A DNA stretch of 64,000 nt from Styela clava (Eukaryota), in the NCBI RefSeq assembly GCF_964204865.1, contig NC_135250.1:6758001-6822000 (forward strand), written 5' to 3'. The notes beneath the pieces were generated by a model. That model was not told where the DNA came from and did no database searches. It saw only the letters and a program-made list of their open reading frames with translations. The position numbers and the translations under genes were made by a program. Numbering within the stretch: position 1 is the first letter of the stretch; every line of letters starts with the position of its first letter. Shown here piece by piece: positions 27,501-39,500 of the stretch.

Positions 27501-30500
27501 AATTTTGATAAATAAAATAAAACTAAAAATTTTCTTATTTCAAATATGAATATCCACAGTTAATCCTTGAGCAAAATCATAATACAAGAAACCTCTTATA
27601 TGTTGACCTGAAATGTTGAATTGAATTATTTGATAATTTATTTATATGAATTATTTTGAACTCTGCCCAACACACAAGGCAAACACACAGAAGGAAAAAA
27701 CTCCAAATGAGGAAATGGATATCTCACAGGTTCGACTGCTGTTAGAAATATGTGCGCAAAGATTTTTGACCATCCTTGCACTAGACTTGATGGTGGAGAG
27801 ACATAACCGAACAGCGGTTACTTGAACCACCTTATGACACAGAGGAGTTGGGAAATCCTCTCGGACATAATTATCCCTGCGGGATTCAAACCTGCCAACA
27901 GTCAATCAGAACGTGCAATGGCAAGCGTATTCCTAACCACTGATTCAGAAGATATAGCCATGAAATTCCATATTTATTATTTACTTACCCTGTTAGCTTT
28001 TCTCCAAGCATAAGTTAAAATACCATCTGACCATTCACGAGAGTTATTGGTTTGTCCGAACATCAAAGAAAGGTCATCGACAGTCAATGGGTGAAGTTTT
28101 TGCAACTTATGGTTCGACATGCCGGGGCTGATTGTTCTCCCAGCCCCAGGATTGTGGGGTAATTTACACAAAGCATCGATAAGTACAGAAAGCATGACTG
28201 ACTTCCCGCAACCTGCTGGTCCAGCTAAAACAACACCTTGTCTGGCTTCCGCTGTTTGGTATAACTGAGCAGCTTTAGATAACCAGTTTTGTCCAGGAAT
28301 GAGTCCCCTTTCATTTGCAACCTAGTGGTAAATGATATAAATATTTTTTTTTAAATTAGCAAATTTCACAATCATATTTATTCTGTGGGAGAGGAAAGTT
28401 TTTCTAACAGCATTTATTTTATTCATTTCAAATATTAAATCAAACATTATCTGATAGCATTTCTGTGGCAAGAATAAGCAAGCACAAATAAAGCCCTAGG
28501 CACATTGAAGGTCATTTCTAACTCTTCAGTACTGTTTTCCATTTTTGTTGAGGAATTGAGACCTCGATTTGAGTAAATGTGTAAAAATTTATTCTAGATA
28601 TAAATCAAGTTTGGGCATAGGAATAAATTGGGGCAATTATCTTCAATAATCGGGCACTTCTTACTATGAATTTCATGTCATATATTTTCATGACATAATT
28701 TTATATCTATTCAGCTTATATATGAAAATAATATCCAATCCTATTTGTCTATTATACATTGCTCAGAGCATTGTACCTCCGCTTTTGCCCTAGAAAGCTC
28801 ATTCATAAAAGCAAAAGCTATAGATGCCATACACAATATTGGGCACTCCGGTAATTTTTTTACCAAGATGACGAACAACCTGAACAACCCTAACATGGTA
28901 CACATACTATGTTCAGGTTGTGCGCCATCTTGGTATGAATACTTCGGGAGCATCCAATATTGTATGATGCTCTTCTGCAGGATCCAAATGCAAAAGTTTT
29001 ATATAGAATTAGAAATAAGTGCCTATTTATTGCCTTGTTCTGGGCGAAAGTATGAAGAAAAAAGAAAAAAAGTTGAACTGACATGTGTTAAAACTGGTTC
29101 CAAAATCTGTTCTTTTTTGCGAGAGCTTGCAGGACCAAAAGACAATTGTGTTTGAATCGGAGTTATTGAGTGACTTCCGGTAGCGGACATTGCACCAAGC
29201 AATTCTTTCACCATCGGAATTCCACTGAAAGTGTCTTTCAAGATAAAGTGAAAAACCACTGTATCAGATGGAGATAATCCTGGTGATATGGTCTCAATGA
29301 TAGCCTGAAATAAGAAAACAAAAAATGAACAATCAACAATACCAAACTGAATACTTTTAAAATAATAGTTTAATAGGATTTGAATTTAAAAATTCTATGA
29401 ATTCATGTTACATAAATTTACTTTTTGACAAAAATCATGATGATATTTATGTGCCAAGGCTGTAACACTGAATTTAATGATTTGTAAAAATAGAATATTT
29501 GAAAAAATTATAAATTTTCACAGAAACCCATTTGTATTCAAATAATATTTTTGAATTTTACAATACAATCTAAATTGATTCTGATGTTGACTGCCCTAAC
29601 TGGATATATATTTTGGGACAAAATTTTTATTTCAGATAATTTTCAAATATAAAAACAAATATGACAAGATAACTGAGAAAATGAAACTTCTATAAAAAAT
29701 GAAACATTAATTTAGATAAGCTGCATTCGTGAAAAGTGCTCCTTTATTGCATATTGCGTTTGTTGTCAATTTTAGCCTGAACTGAATTCTTTGGGCATCA
29801 TGATATAGAAATGAACAGTCTATGTTGACTAGTTGTTTTGATGAGAACCCCTATATTTCTGTTATAATCTGTTAGTTAAAATCTAGTCGAAAAAGTGTAA
29901 ATATTTCCAAATTCTACATCTTAATAAAAAGTTTACCTGAGCAACAAGTCCGTGGTCAATTTTAGCCTGGCCTGTTAATGTATTCGGCATATTAGTCTTT
30001 TTTCCAATCAATTTATCAGAAACAGCTGCTTGAGGTCGGCTCGGCACAGCTACTACAGGTGACGGTGGTTGTCTAGAAGTGTTCAAATAGGTTGTTGTTG
30101 TATGTTAGTACGTATTATAAATCAAATTCTCAAAAACATACTAAAAAAAATGATTACTGTGTGAAAAACTGGAGCTTTTTATTAAAAAGAATTTTTTCAA
30201 AGCCTACTCATTTAAAAGTAAAGGAGACTCTTTTTTGAGCAAGGTTACAGGCAATCACTGAAGTGCCGAGAGCTGAAGAAACTATATAGATTTATGGTGG
30301 TGCATTATCATGTCAGCATATATTACTTGACTTGAGATATATTACTTGATACACTTGAAGAAATTCACAAGAAAAACAGCTAAGAGGGAGTGACACAAAT
30401 GAAGTTCTGGAAAAAAAATGTGCTCCTGTACATAGTCTGTGGGTATGAATCCTGTGAATTATTGATATTCTCCTGTCAACAAGATATTGTTCACCTAACT

Positions 30501-33500
30501 ACTATAAGCTGTCGTCTGCTCTTTCACACATTTTTATTAGAATATGAAATGTTTACTTGCTTAGATATTCACATCCAACTTGAAGTAGCAAAATGACACA
30601 ATGTCGCAATTGAGCATAAATTATACCCATCTTATAAACTTTCCTCTCATGGGAATAAGTACAATTCCTTATTCAAATACCTGACAGAAGTTTGACTGTT
30701 TGATCTTGACAATTTCTGTTGATCAATTTCAGTTCTTGAGCCTGTTACTGTATCAGATCGAGATATAGCTTCAGAACGTTCATCCTTTGAATAAAATAAA
30801 AAGTTGAATTAGATTTGAGATCAACTGAATACTTCTGTGGTATATTCACTTGTCTAACACAGATAGTCCCTGAACTCGTAATACAACTAAAATAAAAAAA
30901 AATCAGAAAAAAATTATGGCCTAACCCTAACCTGGTACACACACTACGGGAGTACCATCAGCTTGGGATTGCTTCTGCATATTGTGGCACGGTCTTTGAA
31001 TAGGATAACAAATTTTCTCCAATCTTATAATATTTGTGTGTGAGCTACGTTCGGTACCCTTGTTACGCATTCATAATCAGTGTCACAGAGCGTCGAGCCA
31101 TTGACTCGACTCGAGTTGGACTTGAGTCAACGTTTATCAAACACTCAAAGTTATGTGAGTTAACTGGTAACATTTCTCATACCCAACATGGACAGGTGAC
31201 CTGATGAGGACCCACAGAGTACTATATGTTTGAGATGTTTTATCGTTTTCTCTCTCATAACATAAAAATAAACAAAACGCCTATTCAGAATGTTAGTATT
31301 CAGCTTAATTCAATGATAAATATGATTTAATCACATACCCTAGCTTTACGTTTCTGTGCTGCCAATGTCAAGGCAGAAAGCAATGACTGCAATGAGACTT
31401 CATGATGTTGAGATGAAGATCTAGGCAATTGTTGGTGTGACAATTCAACAAGTGTTTTCAGTCTATCTGCAAGAGCTTTAGGCGATCGTAGACCGAGTGC
31501 AGTACATTTTGCTTTCAATATTGCGCTCATATCTGGTTTGATAATAGACACTGTCCGATAAAGAGACCTAAGAATGAGTGAATAAAATGTAGAATGGTGT
31601 GTGTAATGGGCTGGTAAGCTTTCCTCAAACAGATACAAAGTCCTGTCCAGGTGGCGTCTTTTACAGGAAAAAAATTTAACTTTGTATTTGTGTAAGGCAA
31701 CATTTCCAGCAACCCAGCCAGTAATCATTATTATATTTTCTCACCATCATGAAAATACGCTTTGCACAAACAATGAAAAAAAACATAAAAATGACACTTC
31801 AAGGTGAACGGGGGGACGCAAAAATCCAATACTGGTTAACAAGCAGCAAATTTTTATCATCTTGGGGGGGAAATGGGCTTTATATTTGCTGTAAATAGCA
31901 ATACTCAATGTATGAGTACTTTCAATGCATAGTGAGGAAGAAATAGAGAGTTCTGAAATAAGCAAATGCAGGAATTTAATGAAAAAGGTTAGGAACCACT
32001 AGTGTAAGGTAATACCTATACCGTATTCTTATTGAATTATAAACTGTCCGAACTGTACAAAAGCGTAAAGTGCGAGTCGCTCAACACTGGCTAATGTAGT
32101 GACTCATTAAAAACGAACCCCTATTTTCCCAAGGTGCCAATTGGGAGGGCAATGAGAAAATTGAAGGTTCCCAGTCCTCTGAAAATTACCTGATCGCAGT
32201 TGGTAATGGTTTAAAATGTGGAGCTGATGGATTGTATGTGATGAACATAGCTGATCCTGGATTAACTAGATTGACTTGAGCATCATTGTCACCATAATTA
32301 CTTGAATCTTGTCTCTGTAAAATACAAAAATTTATTTAATAATTGAATTATACTCATAAGATGATGGATGGGTACAAGCTTGATACAGATGTTCATTTTG
32401 GTTCATCAATCAACACAAAATGGATACATGAATAAAGCAACTTGAGGGAATACTAATAAAGCTAATATAAGAGTCAGATTAAGGCTTTTAAGGATATTAA
32501 TATAATCCATTTAAATAAAATGTGGTCCAATTTTTAAAATTCTGTTAATTTGATCAGGCATAATCATATTCTTCTTATTGGTAATTAAATTATCACAAAT
32601 ATCTACAACAAACCTTGAAATCAATGATCTTCTGCATTGATGAAAAGATCTTGTAACTGAATTCTAAGATGACAGAAATACCACTAGGTGACAGTAGATG
32701 CACATCGTCAAGGCAACCCCAGCATCCATCAGCAGCTAGGCCCTGTGATAACAATTTTGTATATTTGTAGTTGGGATGTATCAGTGGTGATAGCGTTATA
32801 CCTAATTGTGGGGATTTGCAGCGTCACCCTAACTGGTTTAAATTCTATACTAATTGCCCCCACCCAGGTTGAATTTTAGGGAGCATTCCATATACGACAT
32901 TTTCAATGTGTGGAACTTTCTGAGAGATGTTTTTTATTACTGGGAATTTTGTAGGTTAAATTAAACTTTGAACTTCTGAATACGAACCTGTAGTATTTTT
33001 CCCAGTGATGTAGCATCAGTAGATCGTGTACAATTGATCATGAAAATATATTTTCCAAACAAACTTGCAAGACCCATAACAGTTTCTGTTTTTCCACTAC
33101 TGGCATTGCCCACCACTGCAGAACCCTGAGAGGAAAAAAAAAGAAAATTGATCAATTAGGATAAGAAGAGGAAGAATTAAATTGAATAGAGCATGATTGG
33201 TAGAGGGAGTCGCAACAAATCAGTCTGGTAAAAGAACCACTTTGTGATGAGCCCATGAGAACCTTATCAAATAATTAGTAGCATCAATAGTTCTGCACAA
33301 CCAAAGCCTTATTCAGAGTGATAAAGTGAAGCACAATATTAAAATACATACTTGACATTGAGCGAGTGCAATTGACATGCTGACGAAAGCTCTTTCTGTC
33401 GCAGGAGCAATCACTAGATTTGCAGATGACGATAAGCCGTAGAATTCGAGTCCGTAATGAAACTGGTTATCGAGTATATGAAGGTTATGTTCTTGGAATC

Positions 33501-36500
33501 CATCAACATCCTCAGAATAGAAACGAATACTTCGGCGCCATTCAAAATCACCTAATAAAATGGTGAAAAATTATTTCCTCACTGTTTTAACATTTCACAA
33601 TGTACAATGTGGTAATTTTTTGAATAAATTTCCAATAACCCAGAATTTATGTACCGTAGGTAATTTCATAGGTCATACGGTAAGTCAATTTGGTATTCTA
33701 ACAATTTGGTATTTTGTTAATACAAAACTGTGATTAATTTTGATTATATATGCAATATAAACGATTTTATACATATATATATATTTTACAGTAAAATCAT
33801 GATGCATAATAATATAACATAAGTTTGGATTTCGCAAAAGGCTTAAAAATTTTACAGAAGAAAAAGCAAACTTTATTACGAACGATATTTCTAATTTTCT
33901 AGCGTAAAAACACCTTTTATAAGTATATTCAATTCAATAAGCCAAATTACCTTAGCTGAATCAGAAGATTCATATTCTTTATACAAAGACAAGAAAAAGC
34001 CTCATAAAAATGGATTTTGAAATCCATTCTGTATTGGCAGTCAGGCCTGATTTTAAACCAATGTTTACCTTCTCTTTATTATCTCTTTTGTGTGTTTGTT
34101 GTGAAATATAAAAAAAATTCTTACTTATGTCTCTCATTTTTCTTGAACCCATTCCGTCCAATGAATCTCGTAGATGGACGGAGTAATGAATTAAATTTTC
34201 CAATCTAGCACGATGCACTGGTAACATTGCTTCATCTCCACCCTTCCATGTTGTGCGATTGATGACTGTAGGTAGGCTGTAAATAAGAATGCAAGAATAA
34301 ACTATAAATACAAAAATCATGCTGTGGTTGTTGTCATCACAGGATAGGATTTTCCTGATCAACCAGTGGGGAGGAAAACTGATAAGATGACATTACGCCA
34401 ATCGTCTGGTTACCAGTCTGTCTGTTATCGTCTGGTCCATGTCTGGTATGGGAATAGAGATTGCTCATTACTAAAGGAGTCGTTTATAGCATTTGCAGAA
34501 TGTCATGATTTTGGGAGATGAATTGAAAACATAGTTTTAATACACCCTTGTCAGAAAAATTGACCCTGTTTATAATGTTGAACTTTGAAAAAGTATCAAG
34601 AAAATTTTTCATGATTGAAAATGCCCTTGTTCATGATGAATTTAAACTCTAAAACAATACAAAATGGAAATTTATGCTTTGGTGCTACATTCCCCCTAAG
34701 AGCTAAGGTTAAAATATTTTTTACATAGTCGATGAGATAGCCGTGTATCACAAGATTGCTGTCGACCTAGCTGTTACAAGGTATTCCACACACACAACTA
34801 ATGGTCAGTTATGACTTTTTACAACAACCATATCAATGCATCTGAAACTTGGAAACAAAAACGGGACAGCTATTTTGATATGATGACCAAAACTAGATAA
34901 GAATCTGTGGTGACTGTATTAATAGGTCAGCAATCCTTTCCCCTAAATAAAATCTGTTACAGGACTCATAATAAAATTTCTGTTTTCGCCAGGGTGTGAT
35001 CTAGATATCTTGTCATACTTACCGAGATATCATCACAGAAAATTTTTTGCTTGCATTTTGCATTGCTTTTCTTTCCCATTTCAACTCAGCAATTCCTGCT
35101 TCACATTCACGAGTCCATAGGTATAGTAATGCCAATTTTCCAACTTGTATAGGGTATCTAGAATTGAAAAGCATCAAATGCTATAATGTTGAAAAAATAG
35201 ATTTTTTTAAGATTTTTCACTCCAATAAAGACTCAGTTAAAAGCAGTCCTGATAGGGAAAAATCTGTAATTATGGAAGAAATCGGAATCTGTTTGAGAAA
35301 CCATATACTAGGTCATTACGCCCACTGGAGGTCCACATTCAAAGTTCAGAATTCATTTTAAACTATTCATTTCATTTCAACTTCCTTTTCATAAATTTAT
35401 AATTAATGAAAATGTCCAATTTTGAAATATGCTTTAAGACTAGAATTGACATAATTTGGCATACTTGAGCACAATTTCTTCTAGTGGAGTATTTGCATCA
35501 ATATCAGCAATTGCTTTTGTGATATTAGAATGTAACGAGCGTCGTACAGAATCCTGCAAGTTTTGAAGCCATAATTCTGCTCCTTCAAAAAGACTGATCT
35601 AAAAAATGAATATTATTTTATTCAAAAGGTAGTTTTTTTGTTTAAATCTTGCTGTATGGAAGACTATCTGAAAGTACCGTACTAGATTGGATGAAACATT
35701 TTTTGGTTTTCGTGAAGCCTATCCAATTTACAACATTGTAGGTAAGATATATAATAGACTCCTCCAAGCAAAAATGAAGATCATAGTAACTTTCCCCACC
35801 AATATTAACAACAGTATGTGTATGTTAACACACTTTGTGCGAGGGCTAACTTGAAAATGTTAGTACCTCAATTGCTACCTATATTATGTCTTTTTAATGA
35901 ATACCTCATCATCTTAAAATTGCAAAAATTAATTTGAAAAAACGAGTACTACAGAACAATACCTCTTCATCTAAGTTCAAAATTTCACCATCCGCTGCAA
36001 GCACTGCAGTTGCATGCAAAACATCAGCAGGTTCTTCTGCATAACTTGCAGAAAAATGTAAGCTGTCAGATGATTTCATCCTCTGTAAAATCAGTCAACA
36101 AAGGATGATAAAAAAGTAAAAGATGATGACCTATATAGTTGATAATTTTTATGACATGTGTTATATCTGCTCTGAACGAGACTCTGTATAAGCAGTCTCT
36201 AGGATATGGAAACCCTTTTTTGGGAAGAACTGGGATTTCTCGTACACTCATTACATATTTTATTGTGGGCAACATCGAGTGTTAAGTTGAGAACATATGC
36301 AGCCGCGGGACCTAGACTGTATAAAGTGGGTAAATACATTCCATACTTACCGATTTAAATCTTACTCCTGACGCTCTGTGATGAGCATCTTCATTTCGAC
36401 GCTGAGTTTCTGGATTATGTTGAAGAACGGGGGACGAATCTGGTGTGGGAGTGTTGCGTAAAGATTTCATTGAACTAACAGTCTCAGACCAACTCCCAGT

Positions 36501-39500
36501 TTTCTCAGTTTTAATATCAGCAATGCTCGCAAAAATCGATCTGTAAAATATGATCATTTTTTATGATCTCAATCATGGATGAAATCATATACAGTAATTT
36601 GTTTAGAAATGGTCAACCAATGTTGGAGGAGTTAGTCTTTGCATCTTTAACTATGGGTCATGATTATGTCATGTCAGGCATGAAAGGGGGACTCTTTACT
36701 CTCATGAGTTAGTTGCGATATTTCTCCAGCCAAAACTAACTAAGAAATCATCCTATTTTGACACAGCCTTGCCAATGGAATAACTATTTTCCAATAAAAT
36801 TGACTATCTAATAATAGCAAAAGTATGAAAATTATTTCTTAATGTAATGATTCAATAATGTTGAAGCATAATATGATCACAGCCATGATCAATGAATAAT
36901 GATAACAAATTTTTGTCATGACAGTACAGCAATATCAAAATATAGAAATGCTTTCCTACCTCAAATGTGTTCGGACGGATTCCAAATCATTAGGTCGAGA
37001 CAATACTGCCAGTAGAACGGAGTCAGTGAGGAAATGGAATCGTGGAAACACTGCTCGTTTTTTGTCAAGATATTGAGTCAAACTTTTGAAGCAGATTTCT
37101 AATTCTTCTTGCATATGACGAAGAACAACATCTTTTGGAACTTCACCTGTTTTGAAGAAACAAATTATCAAAAATTAGTTTGAGCAAGTCTTGCATCACA
37201 GGTTAAAATCTTGGGTTCAAATCCAATGCCCAAAAACTCACCCATAGTGTAAAAAATTAGGAGGCCAATGCGGTACCGGATTAATTTCATTCCATCCCTA
37301 CTAGGAACCGTTACATGTCATGAACTATTTCGTGATAAATTCATCTTGAATAACTTTCACTTTATTGATAAGATTACAGCTATTTTTATCTCATTGTTAC
37401 TAAAATTCTCGATTATTGAGAATTTTTGTACTGTATTTTTCCAAAAATTAGGTTTTCACTTCCTAATTATTTCTGTGACAGTGACGATTATTCATGATCC
37501 CATATTTGAAAATAAAAGTAAATACTCACCCCCATAACAACATTGCAGAATATTCCTTGTATCATAGGCTCTTCTCATCAGTTTTACATAACTTTTATCA
37601 ACCATAGAAAATCTTTTTGCTTCTTGAGGGAGTTCTTTCGCTGTGGCATGGTCTGAGAACACAGCTTCTAATTCTTGCCAGAGATCTTGCGTTTCCAGCC
37701 ACGTATCGAGAACTTCACTGACACCTTTAAGTTTTTCAGCCCACGATGCAGCTTCTTCTCTAAGCGGCCCTATTGAACATATTGTTTTTTTTTAATATCT
37801 TCCAAATGTTGGACTAAATACACTAGGATTGCTAGTTCTCCGAAAAGACGATCTCTTGCGCAGATGGTCATATTGACCAACTCCAACCCAAATTTGTTTG
37901 ATTCAAATTGCCAATATTTTACTCGATATTCTTCATTTTTTAATATTTTTAATATTTATAGGCAGAATATTATAGTAACTTAACGGTAGCAAACAATAAT
38001 ATTCTGGAGGTACAAGCAAAATTGTGTAATTTACCAATATGCTTTGAGGTCAGCATAGTGGCCAACAATGCTTGAGCATCTTCAAGAAGTTCTAAAAGCC
38101 TTTCTGAATCTTCTTTAACCAACAACACAGGTCCTCTTCTCTTGTAGTTTTCAAAGCTCAGAACCTATAAAAGTAATGATTTAAAAATATTAATGTCACT
38201 ATTTCTATTATCAAAACATAGTAAATTCTAATCAGTTCATTTTCGGAAAGACCAATTGGGCCGATGATTATTCTTTGTGGGCAAAGAATGCCACTATTTG
38301 ATAAGGTATAACTTTGTTTGCATATTATAAATAAAAGCACATTGGTCTGTTCTAAATCAAGTTTCTAAAATCATGCCAGATCGACTCTTGTTCAATAATC
38401 TTGTACACAACCACACTGAGTCAAGAATAATTTGAGATAATTTATACATGCCTGTTCAGTCCATTCTTCTTCAATTCCTCTCATTTTTACTTCAAGTTCA
38501 AGTTCTTTGTTTGCAGCATTGCATATCTGCTCAATTTCAGCACTGTGTCTAAATATAAAAAAAAGTGGACTCAGCAAAGACCCTTGAGGCATACCATTAT
38601 TTTTATATTTTATCTTACTCAAGAAGTCCAATGTCCAACAAATGTCCCATTTTAAAGATGTTTGATTCAAGTTGGAATTTACTGAAGGTGACAGACATAA
38701 CTTGAAGCCAATGACGGTTTCGTATTTTCTGTAATTATGATAAAAAATGATGAAAATACCAAAAAGTTTAATCACAATGTGTATACCTATATCAGAGGTG
38801 GGCAGCCCCTGGTACCAAGTTTGGCACGCAAGCTCATTTATTTGGCACGTGAGCAAAGTCTCGGAAACGAGATCATTCTTTTTCGGATAAAAAGTTTCAA
38901 GACTTTGAAATATCTGGTGAAACTAGGTGTTCGTTTATTTATTATCGTTTGTTAACAATCCGTTATTTATTTAAACTCCTTCTGTCCTTTCATGACATAT
39001 GGCTACAAGGAAATATATTATTACGTCAGAAATGGGCGAGTTCTCGAAAAATTTTGTCAAGAAGAGCGCAGCATTCATTTGGCAACATTCTCACGTAATA
39101 TAGTTTGTCTGTGCCCCCCTTTTCTTCATTCCTGCTTAATTTATGAAGTTGCACAGCTCATGTTGGTTAGGGTTACTTGCTAACTTACTGTTATAAATTG
39201 ATTTCGAGAGAACGATAAGCGATTAGAAAAGGGAATACAAGAGAGAAGTGCAGATAACGAACTATTGCGTGATTGGGATACCACTCCCAAAAATTTTTCG
39301 TGTCATAAAAACTCGTCAACTGCATTACTTTACATATTTTCATCTACATATGCTTGTGATTTTCTGTTCTCAGTTATGAAAGATGAAACCAGTAGTTCAA
39401 GTATTTCTCTGAAAGTTACAAAATATAAACCCAATGTAAAATCTCCATCAGCTGTAATGTAGCAGCAGAAGTCTCACTGATATAAAATAAGGAAATCTAT

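Noticed and set aside
28745-29155. Plus-strand ORFs of 60-136 aa here and elsewhere (e.g. 11459, 19805, 35047)
   Set aside because: Antisense shadows of dynein exons or repeat-derived; no independent coding signal.
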